Shown piece by piece: positions 29,107-38,841 of a DNA stretch of 64,000 nt. Origin of the DNA: a virus (lineage: Duplodnaviria > Caudoviricetes); the IMG/VR virus record IMGVR_UViG_3300014204_000113, positions 123,989-187,988 of that record, one strand, 5' to 3'. Each line of letters starts with the position of its first letter. Positions within the stretch are counted from its first letter, which is position 1. Under the pieces are notes generated by a model that saw only the letters and a list, made by a program, of their open reading frames with translations, was not told where the DNA came from and searched no databases. Both the position numbers and the translations under genes were made by a program.

Positions 29107-29571
29107 TTATTCATAGGTTTGGGGCAGCGAAGCAGAATCCAACCAAACATCAACAGTACCAGCACTACAAGTAGCAGCACCAACAGTACCTTTGACACGT
29201 AGATAACGTTTACAAACAGGAGGCAGGGCGGCGCTATAGACCAACTTACCAGCAGTAAGCAAATTCTGAGTCATGCTGGAAGCGCCAGCCAAATTCATAT
29301 TCACTAAATTGGAAAAAGAAGCTGCGGAATTGGCAGTGGCATTCTGTAGAAACAGAGCAATAGTGCCAGTAGCAGCATTACCAGCAACGGCAGTGCCAAT
29401 GCGAGCATGAATGTAAATCGGCTCGCCGCGGCCTACGTTTGGATTGACAGCAGTGCCATTCCAATCTACCGCGGGTCCAAGATCGATGACATTACCAGTG
29501 ACAGTGGCATCGGCAGAACCAGCAAGAGATTGTGCATCCATAAAACTAAGTTTTGCATCTAAAATTGCCAT
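29107..29571 (-). CDS. capsid cement/decoration protein (Bbp16-like)
   Basis: ILD..L.F..AQ, NVIDLG, G.GEP, LP..KRYLR. Confidence 0.75.
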   Translation of the reverse strand: MAILDAKLSFMDAQSLAGSADATVTGNVIDLGPAVDWNGTAVNPNVGRGEPIYIHARIGTAVAGNAATGTIALFLQNATANSAASFSNLVNMNLAGASSMTQNLLTAGKLVYSAALPPVCKRYLRVKGTVGAATCSAGTVDVWLDSASLPQTYE

Positions 29572-29702
29572 GATGAATACTCCTATTAGAACTGATAAGT
29601 TCTATGTATCAAAAGGTGTTTCTGCTTTGTTCTTGTTGCAATTTTATGGATGAACTTTTTGTTCAGTGCTTAAAGAACATCAGAAAATTAATTTATTGGA
29701 TG

Positions 29703-30434
29703 TTATTTAACACCCACAACTTTTAAATGTTTGCGTTTTTGTAATTTTAATTCTTTTTCGAGCCAAGAAGTCAGCATTTGTAGTTCTTCAAGGTTGTATT
29801 TATTCTTCATAAAGTTCGCTCGATTTGAAATTACCACAACATTTCCTTTAATATAACCATCCTCTGGAATTAAACGGTCTAAGGTTGGACTGTTTTGACC
29901 TATAACTTTTTTATTACTTTCTAGTTTAATATCGGGAAATACAGGACAATATTCTGGAATTACAATATCAGATAACTCTAAGTTGAATGGCAAATTTTTC
30001 TGTTTAGCTCTCCTTTTTGCAGCCACAAAAATATTATATTCAACAGATTTCTTACCTCTTATACATTGTCCATGTTTGATCCTATTTTTTCTTTCATATC
30101 TCTTATAACAACCACAACTTTTAGTGTGGTCACTATTTAATGAACCAGTAGTAACAATAACTTCATTACCACAGTCACATTTACATAACCAGAGTTGATT
30201 TTTACCTCTCATTCCATGAAAACTTAAAACAAGAAGTTTCTGAAATCTTTCACCAACCAAATCCATTTTCTTTCGTTGATTAATAGGACAGTCAAGTTCT
30301 TTAAGAATCCTTCCGACTCGGACTCCTCCTATTCCAAATTGCTTACCAACTTCATTCATGTTTAAACCAGTTTTATAAAGATTCACAATCTTTTGATTGC
30401 GTTCTAGCATTTTTGCATCTGCTTTTGCTGGCAT
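29703..30434 (-). CDS. HNH-like endonuclease with N-terminal HTH
   Basis: WLCKCDCG, KSCGC, CPV, SPTLDR..P..GY..GNV..IS.RAN..K. Confidence 0.7.
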   Translation of the reverse strand: MPAKADAKMLERNQKIVNLYKTGLNMNEVGKQFGIGGVRVGRILKELDCPINQRKKMDLVGERFQKLLVLSFHGMRGKNQLWLCKCDCGNEVIVTTGSLNSDHTKSCGCYKRYERKNRIKHGQCIRGKKSVEYNIFVAAKRRAKQKNLPFNLELSDIVIPEYCPVFPDIKLESNKKVIGQNSPTLDRLIPEDGYIKGNVVVISNRANFMKNKYNLEELQMLTSWLEKELKLQKRKHLKVVGVK

Positions 30435-30459
30435 AATTTTCCTTTTACATAGTAGGGGG

Positions 30460-30499
30460 TACAAGGAAGATAAGCGACATTCTATTTATCTTCCTTGTA
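30460..30499. terminator. 14-bp hairpin after capsid gene
   Basis: TACAAGGAAGATAA/TTATCTTCCTTGTA; no clear U-tract. Confidence 0.5.
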
Positions 30500-30513
30500 A
30501 GTTGTTGAAATAA

Positions 30514-31488
30514 CTACGTAAGTGCAGACTCAGTGCTTAGCAAAACGTCAGCTTTTTTCACCGGGACACCTCGGAAATGGAGAGTTGGAATCCCGAATGG
30601 ACCTGATGGTAAATACTGAACATTAGTCTTATCTTTAGCTTCTTTATCAAGACAAGAAAGTACAGTAGAATTTGCATACATAACAGAACCAGCACCATCC
30701 ATATCCATCTGGCGAAGGGCATCAATCAGTTTGTCAGAAAGATTAGAAGCAGTTGCAGGGATATTGCATACGCGTTGCACACACTTGTCATTTATAATGG
30801 CAAGTCCACACCACACTTTGAAGTGGCTTTGATAAACCTTATATGGCAATCCGTTTGCATCTGTGACAACCAATTCGTCATCATTAGTCATAGTAATACC
30901 AGCATTAGGTTGAGCATTACGAGGATAAACCAAATGGGCTTTGGTTGGACCCCATTGTACAATCCAAATGCTATTCAAAGTTGATCCAGTTCCGCCATAG
31001 TTATGGACATTATGTACAGCACTTACACCAGCAGTAGTCAGAGTTGCATAACGGGTAGCAAGACCATCAAATTTCTCAGGAGAACCAACAGTGGTCCCAT
31101 AAAAAATCTGATTAGCTAAAGTCTGGGACATACCCTCAACAAAGGCTAAATCTTCAGACATCCGAAAAGCAGCAGGATCGGGGTTAAGTTCAATGAGAGC
31201 AGAATCAATACGGCTATAAGATTCTAATAGAGCGATACTCTCAATGACTTGAGTGGTGGTGGATTTTTCCAGAGCCACACCAGAATTAATCTTACGAAAA
31301 CTACCTGCGGGCAAAGACAAACGCTTGGCAGAGATGTGTTGGGTGTCTCCATTTCCTCTCAACCACGGAGCATCGTCCAATACAGTATTTACTTTATTTA
31401 GAACTTCTGCTATAGCCATAACGACATTATCTTTAGTACGTTTGGCAGCATCAATCAAAGTCATTTGAGTTGCAGTTAATAGAGCCAT
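30514..31488 (-). CDS. major capsid protein
   Basis: TL.D.AKR, IAE.L...N..L.D, FVEGMSQ, F.GLATRY, FRGVP...D.L..TE; follows scaffold. Confidence 0.85.
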   Translation of the reverse strand: MALLTATQMTLIDAAKRTKDNVVMAIAEVLNKVNTVLDDAPWLRGNGDTQHISAKRLSLPAGSFRKINSGVALEKSTTTQVIESIALLESYSRIDSALIELNPDPAAFRMSEDLAFVEGMSQTLANQIFYGTTVGSPEKFDGLATRYATLTTAGVSAVHNVHNYGGTGSTLNSIWIVQWGPTKAHLVYPRNAQPNAGITMTNDDELVVTDANGLPYKVYQSHFKVWCGLAIINDKCVQRVCNIPATASNLSDKLIDALRQMDMDGAGSVMYANSTVLSCLDKEAKDKTNVQYLPSGPFGIPTLHFRGVPVKKADVLLSTESALT

Positions 31489-31509
31489 CTATTTGTTACT
31501 CCTGTTTAT

Positions 31510-32340
31510 TTACCTTTCTTTATTAAACATAGTAGGGTATAGGGTTTCGGCAAGGGATTTTTCCTTATCATTAGTACGAGCACCAGGATTAGACATCCCT
31601 CCACCAGCACCATCAGTTCTTAAAATTCTATCTCGTTGTGGATCGCGATTAACTAAAATTTCAATAGCCTCTTCTGGAGAAGCTATTTCGCCAGGGTTAG
31701 CTTTAGAAATGATAGGTTTGTCATCTATCTTTCCAACAGCGGTAAGTTTTCCGTTTTTTTCTTCGATGGTAAAGTAGTCTCCAAAATAACTAAAAGCAGC
31801 ACTTGGAAAAAGATAAGTTTTGTCTCTAAGGAAATCAGAACGATCAAAAGCACCTCTTACTAATTGGTCACGTATCTGACTCTCTTTTAATTTAATTGCC
31901 TTCTCTTTTTCCATTAAGGCGTTTTCATAACTATCTTTCGCCTCTTTAAGTAAAGCCTCATAACCTTCTTTCGCGCTTGATTTAATTCTCTCTACCTCGC
32001 CTGCATCAACCATTTGTTTGTCAGTATAATTTTTAACCGTTTCGATTGCTTTCTTAGCTTTCTCTGGGTCTAAACCGTCAAACTTTCTGGTGAGTTCATT
32101 AAAAGAGTTAGTCGTTTCTGTAAGAGAATTTTCTAATTCTTGAATTTTCAAGCGACGTTCTTTGCTTTCACTATTGGCCATTTTGAGATCACCCCAAAGT
32201 TCAGCCGCATCTAATGCTACCTCTTGTTTATTTTGGTCAATATAAAGTGGTTTACCTTCTTCATTTAAAACTACATAACCATCTTCATTTTTCTTCAATT
32301 CTAACGGAAACTTAATATCTGGTTTATTATCAGCACTCAT
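31510..32340 (-). CDS. capsid scaffold protein (DUF6651-like)
   Basis: coiled coil, D.EKA.KA, F..S.F, PGE.A..EEA.E.LV..P..D.IL..G.GGG. Confidence 0.75.
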   Translation of the reverse strand: MSADNKPDIKFPLELKKNEDGYVVLNEEGKPLYIDQNKQEVALDAAELWGDLKMANSESKERRLKIQELENSLTETTNSFNELTRKFDGLDPEKAKKAIETVKNYTDKQMVDAGEVERIKSSAKEGYEALLKEAKDSYENALMEKEKAIKLKESQIRDQLVRGAFDRSDFLRDKTYLFPSAAFSYFGDYFTIEEKNGKLTAVGKIDDKPIISKANPGEIASPEEAIEILVNRDPQRDRILRTDGAGGGMSNPGARTNDKEKSLAETLYPTMFNKER

Positions 32341-32342
32341 TT

Positions 32343-32453
32343 GGAATCTCTCCTCTTTCCAGTTGGTATCACACCATGATAACCAATTAAAAATTTATAT
32401 TATTAATAAAAAAAAAGAACTGGACAGGGCATCACGCCCTTGTTTGCCAGTTC
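32343..32453 (-). promoter_or_regulatory. scaffold leader with terminator and three GNGAU-loop hairpins
   Basis: GGGC-GTGAT-GCCC, TGGT-GTGAT-ACCA, GGA-GAGAT-TCC (overlaps SD); GAACTGG/CCAGTTC outer stem plus T-run. Confidence 0.6.
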
Positions 32454-32546
32454 CTTCAATTGCCCTCTTAATGAGGATTGGTGGATAATCTGAATTATTT
32501 AATTATATGTTTAATTATCAGTAGGGTCTCTAGGCATATAACCTCT

Positions 32547-32708
32547 CTATTTTATAGGTTCACGATAATCAACAAATGCGCTCATCAACTTACCAGACAT
32601 GAAATTAAATTCAAAATTGAACTTGCCAGTCTTATTGGAAGACTGCCATTTGTCCAATTCAAGTCTTAATCTCTGTATGACTTTTTCTGGTGATGGTGAT
32701 GTTTGCAT
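32547..32708 (-). CDS. small hypothetical protein (53 aa)
   Basis: MQTSPSPEKVIQRL...EPIK read by hand. Confidence 0.45.
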   Translation of the reverse strand: MQTSPSPEKVIQRLRLELDKWQSSNKTGKFNFEFNFMSGKLMSAFVDYREPIK

Positions 32709-32857
32709 AAGTATAGGTAAATAATTGTTATCCTTTCTATATTAAGTTTAACATAATTTGATAGTCATTACAAGGAAAGAATGACATTTTCGTATAATAA
32801 AATGCATTTTATTTGCATTTTTGTTTATTTTTACAATAAACGATCCAATTGGGCCAT

Positions 32858-33088
32858 TTATGAGCCAATTCTACTTTCAAATTTTTCACAAACACAACAT
32901 GGAACACATATCCAATCTTCAATCGCTGTTTGCATTAGGCAATCTTCATAATGCAAACAATTTCTTCTTTCTGTATCCCTATGTTTCTTTATACCTATTG
33001 GTGTAACATTCCTCATATCCTTATGGATAGTCTTTCTTCCGCATATTACACATCTACCATTTTGTATGATTGGTGAAATAGTGGACAT
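32858..33088 (-). CDS. Cys-rich hypothetical protein
   Basis: CxxC motifs; abuts upstream gene. Confidence 0.5.
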   Translation of the reverse strand: MSTISPIIQNGRCVICGRKTIHKDMRNVTPIGIKKHRDTERRNCLHYEDCLMQTAIEDWICVPCCVCEKFESRIGS

Positions 33089-33091
33089 ATA

Positions 33092-34108
33092 CTATGTTCT
33101 TACTGGGTAGAAAGTTGTAGTTAAACTCACGACTCTATTGGGTGCAATTGATATTTCAAAAATCCAAAAACCCATAGCAGCACTTAATTTTCTCCCTCTC
33201 ATAAATGGAGTTTGCATTTGTGTAGTCCCACCTTGAATAACACAAACTCCTCGATAAAATAAAACTTCAGCTTTATGATAGTGGCCCAAACACATCACGT
33301 CCGGCTTTGTTCCGCTAGGAAGGGCTTCAATATATTTTTGAGCATTGTAACTTATTGCGTAGGCTGTGCCTCCGTCCGGGTGGCACAATCTTATCGTAGC
33401 AGTACAATCGTCATCGCCAATAGTGATATCAGCTTCTTGATGACCCAAACAAACTAAATCTGAACGCTTATCAGATATTTTTACACCAATATCATTTCCA
33501 CCATCTTTCCAAAAACTTCTATCATGATTACCTACAATAAAATATGTAGTTATCCCATTTCTTTTAGGATAAACTTCAGTAATTAAATTTACTTGAGCAT
33601 CACTTCCAATCGCCTCAATTTCATATTCCTGACCCTTGAACATCTTCTGGCCTTCTGCAATATCTCCAGAATGAAACACCGTTTTGATATTCTCTAATTC
33701 AAAAACATCATAGGCATAATTAAGCAACGCTTTGTCCGAATACAAACTTCCCAAATGGGTGTCTGACACATAACCAAATTTATGATGAGTTCCATCCAAA
33801 CACAGCTTAGGACTTTGTATATGCCTAGTCAACTCCTGCACTTGTCTTTGTAATTTCTTCACTTGTTCTTCTGCATCAGAAGTTTTTGGACCAGTTTCTT
33901 CTTTTTCCACAACAGGAATTTCATCACCCATTTCAGCAAGATACTTCTTGGCTTCTTCCAAAGCATCTCCCCATTTGCCAAAAAGTCTATAGAGAACACG
34001 CCTTGATGGTTTCTCTGTTTTCAGAGTGTCATAGACAACAGCAGATATGGTCCCTTGTTCTTTGATAATTGAAGCGAACTTTTCAAGTGCTTGATTTTTA
34101 TCAATCAT
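33092..34108 (-). CDS. metallophosphoesterase with N-terminal helical domain
   Basis: SDTH, HSGD, GNHD, HP.GG, GHYH. Confidence 0.85.
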   Translation of the reverse strand: MIDKNQALEKFASIIKEQGTISAVVYDTLKTEKPSRRVLYRLFGKWGDALEEAKKYLAEMGDEIPVVEKEETGPKTSDAEEQVKKLQRQVQELTRHIQSPKLCLDGTHHKFGYVSDTHLGSLYSDKALLNYAYDVFELENIKTVFHSGDIAEGQKMFKGQEYEIEAIGSDAQVNLITEVYPKRNGITTYFIVGNHDRSFWKDGGNDIGVKISDKRSDLVCLGHQEADITIGDDDCTATIRLCHPDGGTAYAISYNAQKYIEALPSGTKPDVMCLGHYHKAEVLFYRGVCVIQGGTTQMQTPFMRGRKLSAAMGFWIFEISIAPNRVVSLTTTFYPVRT

Positions 34109-34140
34109 TTATTTTTCCTTTTTAAATAGGTTTTTAAATA

Positions 34141-34473
34141 TTATCTTATTCCTCTTCTCTTCATTTCTCTGTTCATAGCATTAGAAATAGTTTTATCAAG
34201 AACGCCACTCTTGATAACTTTTTTAATTTCATCTTCATTAACATTTATATTAACTGAGCGACCATTATTCATAATCTTACGAATATCATCTTCATTAGGA
34301 GGAAAGTTATTGACAATTATTCCGCCACTATGCCAAATTTTTTCTCTTTCCAATTCCTTATCCATTCTTCTGACAGTGAGCAAGGCGTTCCACGCCAACT
34401 CTATTGTCTGCCATCTTTCTGCCTCAGTCATTATTCTGAGAAGTTCTTCTTGAATTAAGATTTTGTTAGGCAT
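34141..34473 (-). CDS. hypothetical protein
   Basis: GAGG SD before MPNK. Confidence 0.55.
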   Translation of the reverse strand: MPNKILIQEELLRIMTEAERWQTIELAWNALLTVRRMDKELEREKIWHSGGIIVNNFPPNEDDIRKIMNNGRSVNINVNEDEIKKVIKSGVLDKTISNAMNREMKRRGIR

Positions 34474-34486
34474 TTGATATTTCCTC

Positions 34487-34825
34487 TTATTTCCAAAATT
34501 GATACCAAGATTTCTTTTCTTCTTTCTTAGGTTCAACAGGCACCACATTAGTAAGTTGTTCTACCAATGCTTCAATAGCCATATCTCTTTCATCAAAACC
34601 ACCTTCAACACCAATCATATATTCTTCAAGTTCACCAATAAAACCAAGAGGCATCTTGTCGAAATCTTGTCTATTCGGTGGTTTTAGCTTTGGCCTTGGC
34701 GTTAGGTCTTTTAATGTTACTGCTGGTGTTCTTGGTTGAGGTGGGAGGTACTTTATTGTTGTACACCCTAAGCCAATTGTCATAAAGATAATCACGGTTA
34801 TTATCGCTAACTGCTTTCTTAACAT
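34487..34825 (-). CDS. o-spanin (lipoprotein)
   Basis: signal peptide with LGC lipobox, Pro-rich, overlaps i-spanin 3' end, AGGAG SD. Confidence 0.75.
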   Translation of the reverse strand: MLRKQLAIITVIIFMTIGLGCTTIKYLPPQPRTPAVTLKDLTPRPKLKPPNRQDFDKMPLGFIGELEEYMIGVEGGFDERDMAIEALVEQLTNVVPVEPKKEEKKSWYQFWK

Positions 34826-35090
34826 CAGAAGTCTCCTTCTGTACCTTCTGTCTTAAAGATAGTTGGTTTCTTTGAAATTTTATAGTAGCTTCCAAATCAG
34901 CCACTTTCTGTCTTTCTTGATATAAATCAAGCAATGCTTTGTCTCTTTCTTTTTCTATTTTTGTTATTTTGCTTTCATAGTTCCAAGCAGACAGTTTGTT
35001 ATATATCCCAAAAGCGCCTACAGCAAGACAAGCGATTACTATGATGCCTATCTTGCTGCTTATGAATGTCCATATTAAACTTATGCCCAT
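34671..35090 (-). CDS. i-spanin
   Basis: N-terminal TM plus coiled coil, after endolysins. Confidence 0.75.
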   Translation of the reverse strand: MGISLIWTFISSKIGIIVIACLAVGAFGIYNKLSAWNYESKITKIEKERDKALLDLYQERQKVADLEATIKFQRNQLSLRQKVQKETSDVKKAVSDNNRDYLYDNWLRVYNNKVPPTSTKNTSSNIKRPNAKAKAKTTE

Positions 35091-35096
35091 GATTAT

Positions 35097-35585
35097 TTAT
35101 CCCTGGAATATTTCTTTGAATTGTTCTGCTCTATCCAAGACATCAGAAGAGTAATTTTTATTCGCAGTTCTATTGTCAATGTTTTCACCATTGCGAACAA
35201 CTCTCATCATATTTCCTTCACCACAATTATATGCTGCGATTGCTGCTTGTTCTGCTTCTTCTTGATTCATATTGTCAAAGCCACCATGCTCGTTCAAATA
35301 ATTATATTTATCTGTAAGTATCTTAACGCCCATTTCTATATTAATAAATGGGTCTTGCCAATCATGGTTAGCTAACCAACTGCCAAAACTACGGTCATCT
35401 ATTTGAACTAGACCGTGCCCATGACCATTATCTCCTGTCATGTCTGGGTCAAGAATTAATCCGAATCTTGATTCTCTAGAAATAATCGCTGAAATAACTT
35501 CTGGTCTCCAATCATATTTCTCAGCAAGAGGTTTGATGATTGGTGCTAATTCTTTGCATAATTCAAATTCTTCTTTTTTAATCAT
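35097..35585 (-). CDS. goose-type (GH23) lysozyme-like endolysin
   Basis: AIISRESR.G, GL.QID.R, AAYN.G, D.RT...YS.DV..RA. Confidence 0.85.
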   Translation of the reverse strand: MIKKEEFELCKELAPIIKPLAEKYDWRPEVISAIISRESRFGLILDPDMTGDNGHGHGLVQIDDRSFGSWLANHDWQDPFINIEMGVKILTDKYNYLNEHGGFDNMNQEEAEQAAIAAYNCGEGNMMRVVRNGENIDNRTANKNYSSDVLDRAEQFKEIFQG

Positions 35586-35594
35586 AAAGGCTCC

Positions 35595-36080
35595 TTAAAA
35601 ATCAACGACTTCGTGCCAAGGGAACAAATCTCCAGGGTCAACTTTGCCCGCAGTTCGATCTGGAATATCTACATGACCAAAAATATCTTCAATTTTATAA
35701 ACTTCTCCCAAAGCGGTAATTAATTTCTTATTGGCTTCTATTTGTTCTTTTGGCCAATCACTACCATTTCCAACATTTTCAATCCCAACAGAATGAGAAT
35801 TAACTGTAAGTCCCTGATAATGTCCTTTGGCGTGCCATCCTTTAATATTAAATGGGAGTAACTGATAAATAGTCCCATCTTTAGCAATTACAACATGAGC
35901 AGATACTTGAGAGCGAGATGCACAAAGCCAAGATAAAGCACCTTCAAGTGAATTGTCACCAGTATAATGAATTACAATAAATTTTATTTCTATCTCACCA
36001 CCATGATTAGGTGATGGTCTATATTCTACTTGTACTCCATCTATATATAAAAAGTTGTCTATGACTTCGTATTTGGACAT
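35595..36080 (-). CDS. N-acetylmuramoyl-L-alanine amidase (Amidase_2)
   Basis: IVIHYT, VSAH, WHA, N..SVGIE, GH.D, K.DPG..FPW. Confidence 0.9.
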   Translation of the reverse strand: MSKYEVIDNFLYIDGVQVEYRPSPNHGGEIEIKFIVIHYTGDNSLEGALSWLCASRSQVSAHVVIAKDGTIYQLLPFNIKGWHAKGHYQGLTVNSHSVGIENVGNGSDWPKEQIEANKKLITALGEVYKIEDIFGHVDIPDRTAGKVDPGDLFPWHEVVDF

Positions 36081-36251
36081 TCTGCATTCTCCTTTTTATT
36101 ATATCCTTTTATTGGACATAGTTGATTAAAATCTTTTTTATTTTTATCATTATGACACAATCCAGAAATATCTCCGAAAAAACGACACTCATTTATTCCA
36201 CAATCTTGCCAACCTTGATAAAATTTGCACATTCATAAAGCCTCCTAAAAG

Positions 36252-36470
36252 TTAAGGTTTAATAAAGTTGTTTTTCAAAATAATTCTCAACAATATATTA
36301 ATTCTTTCATTTATCATATAACTCAACACTTCTCTTAATTGGTATTTGTTAATAACTCCTTCTTCAAACAATATTAGTAATTTTGCAGAATCTTTCACAG
36401 GAATTAATTCAAAGAAAAAATTGGTTCTGCTCATATTAAATTTTTTAGCCAAGAGTCTGATTATATCCAC
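36252..36470 (-). CDS. hypothetical protein
   Basis: AAGGA SD, GTG start. Confidence 0.45.
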   Translation of the reverse strand: MDIIRLLAKKFNMSRTNFFFELIPVKDSAKLLILFEEGVINKYQLREVLSYMINERINILLRIILKNNFIKP

Positions 36471-36497
36471 TATTGTAATTCCTTTAGAAGAAGGAAG

Positions 36498-37397
36498 TTA
36501 CTTTATTTTTATTTTTTTATTTCTTCTATCTTCATTAAAACAATTTCGGTGGTATATTACAACTCTCCCATTTGATCTTATCCCAATATACATGTTGTTT
36601 TTAGGATCATCGTATTTTTTACAATATCTACATTTTACCCAATCATAATGACCGCAAATTTCAAAAGCTTTTTCTTTTTTATTTTTCTCTCTTGTTTCCT
36701 TCATTTTCTTTTTTCTTTCATCTGATAATTTCAATCCAAAATTTGGATTATTTTCTCCCAACCATCTTTCTCTTGCTTGTTGTCTACTTTTTTCAGTAGC
36801 CCGAGATTTTCCTATTTGTGATTCTCCTATCTTTTCTTTTGCTTCTTTTGTATGATGTTTGCCAAAAAATGGATTGTTTTCTCCAGAAGTAACAACACTT
36901 AATTTCTGCTTAGTTTCTTCAGAACGAGGGACTCCAGTTTTTGATTTACTCATTTTTTCTCTGGTTTCTTTTGTTCTCTTTCTTCCTCTATTTTTAATAC
37001 TAATTTTTTGTTTAGATTCTTCTAAATGGCTAAATCCACTAATACCTTCTCCTCCGTCTGTCATATTTGTTAAGATTCCAGTCCCGTTATTTTCTCTGCC
37101 ATAGAAAGCTATTAATTCAATTTCTAAAGCAAATGCCTCTTCTTCTGTCAGGTTTATGGCATAATATTCTTCTTCATAATCTAGACCGTTTTTCAGCAAT
37201 TTATTAATTACTCTATTTTTATAAATATTTTGAACTTCTTTACCATTTTTATAAGCACTAAATTCCCAACGATGTTCGTTTATTCTTCCGTTACAACCCT
37301 TGCCAACATAAAATGGACAAGATAACCATTTGTAGAAAGGATCGTGGTTATCAGGTCTGCGAAAGATATAAACATAAAAAATATTTAAATTATCCAT
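36498..37397 (-). CDS. GIY-YIG (LEM-3-like) endonuclease with NUMOD3-like repeats
   Basis: FYVY..RPD, PFYVGKG...R, E..LI..YGR..GTG.L.N.TDGGEG, HxEExKxKIS repeats. Confidence 0.8.
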   Translation of the reverse strand: MDNLNIFYVYIFRRPDNHDPFYKWLSCPFYVGKGCNGRINEHRWEFSAYKNGKEVQNIYKNRVINKLLKNGLDYEEEYYAINLTEEEAFALEIELIAFYGRENNGTGILTNMTDGGEGISGFSHLEESKQKISIKNRGRKRTKETREKMSKSKTGVPRSEETKQKLSVVTSGENNPFFGKHHTKEAKEKIGESQIGKSRATEKSRQQARERWLGENNPNFGLKLSDERKKKMKETREKNKKEKAFEICGHYDWVKCRYCKKYDDPKNNMYIGIRSNGRVVIYHRNCFNEDRRNKKIKIK

Positions 37398-38496
37398 CAA
37401 CTAAGTCCTTTAATAAAATCAACTTTCCATCAGTTCGATTCACAAGGTCTTCCCACTTAACTTTACCAGAATTAAGCAACTCAACGCGTCTAGGACCGAG
37501 TAAATTTTTTTGTTGAATAGGAGTTTGTTTGTTAAAAAATTGCTCATAATTTCCAGTTTCAAAACCAAAATCTAATATCTTGCGCCTTCCGCCCGCATCA
37601 ATATTTTTATTATCTCTAGCAACCCAAGGACGTGCAATTTCATCAAGTTCTTGAATTGAATTAAAACCTAACTCTTTCCAGCTAACTAGCTGGGTTACAT
37701 AAAAACATCTTCATCGTGGGTGGAGTAAAAGTTGTGGTCTTGGCTCTCCTTTTAAATACACCATTCCATCTAAAATAGCGCATCTTTCACAGAGACCCCG
37801 TCCAGTCTTACTAGCATAAGAAGTTTCTAGTGTCGCGCAATACTTGTAACCAGTAATTATATCTTGATTTTTAGAATAGACCTCTTCACGTGCAAAGTTA
37901 TTAATAGCAGATACATAATCTCGTCCAAGTGAGATGGCTTCTTTTTTGCTCATATCAAAACCAGTTGTCAATCTTGTTGTAAATTCTGCGTAGCTATCAC
38001 CTTGTAGCATTCCAGAAGTTATTTCATTTCTAATTTCTTCTGCCATTCCAGAATAATTTTTTTGAACCCAACCACTTAATGTATTGCCACCAACGGGAAC
38101 ATCTCGAATAATTCCTTGGAGTTGTTCCGCAGTTAAAGAAGTTTCATTAAAACTTGGAACTTTACCATCAAATGATAAGATACTGTTATGAACAAGAAAA
38201 CTAGATGTTCCTACTTGGGTGGCGATAGAGGTAATACCATTATATAAAATATATTGTATTCCTAAAGTCATATTGCTAAGATTGTCAAGAACTGCTAATG
38301 CTCTACCTTCATACCAATCTGGCATTGAACTTCTATATGTATCTATCTTTGATAATATTTCTGTTTCAGCTTTGCGGACTGACTTTAATAGTTTCTTCAA
38401 TTCTTCGTCTGAATATTTATGCAACTCATAATGCCAATCTATATTCTTGGCTAGCAATATTAATTCTATCGTTTCTTGTTCAGTTAATTTAGCCAT
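37390..38496 (-). CDS. minor head / head morphogenesis protein (SPP1 gp7 / Mu gpF-like) with in-frame UGA at 37711-37713
   Basis: ATL...C..C..LDG, HPR[TGA]RC, then 106 further codons with family-like C-terminus (Y.QFF..Q....Q..LG..R..L...G..DLV). Confidence 0.85.
37669..37697 (-). promoter_or_regulatory. SECIS-like hairpin
   Basis: CCAGCU-AGUU-AGCUGG stem 18-33 nt after UGA; lower UAAC/GUUA stem. Confidence 0.6.
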
Positions 38497-38532
38497 TTAT
38501 AATCTCTTATTTATTTTAAATTTTTTAGAAAT

Positions 38533-38817
38533 CTATTTTCTTTTCATTGTAACAATACCAAACTCTATTTCTTCTTCATGTGTTAATTTTCTAATCTTCC
38601 CCACCATTCCTTTATCATTCTTTTCTTCATGAATTCGCATATTTAACATTCCAGAATTGTTTGTATCAATATTAAAAAAACTACAATGACCTTTTCCTAA
38701 ATAAGCCACGCCTTCTGTACTTATAATTCTAGCACAATTTGGAATTAGATAATGATTAACACATTTTTCTTCACAATCTCTCTGTAGAAATGGGCACCAA
38801 CTTTTTTTATTAGACAT
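38533..38817 (-). CDS. hypothetical protein
   Basis: GGAG SD; Cys-containing. Confidence 0.55.
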   Translation of the reverse strand: MSNKKSWCPFLQRDCEEKCVNHYLIPNCARIISTEGVAYLGKGHCSFFNIDTNNSGMLNMRIHEEKNDKGMVGKIRKLTHEEEIEFGIVTMKRK

Positions 38818-38841
38818 ATAATCTCCGAATATATTTTATTT

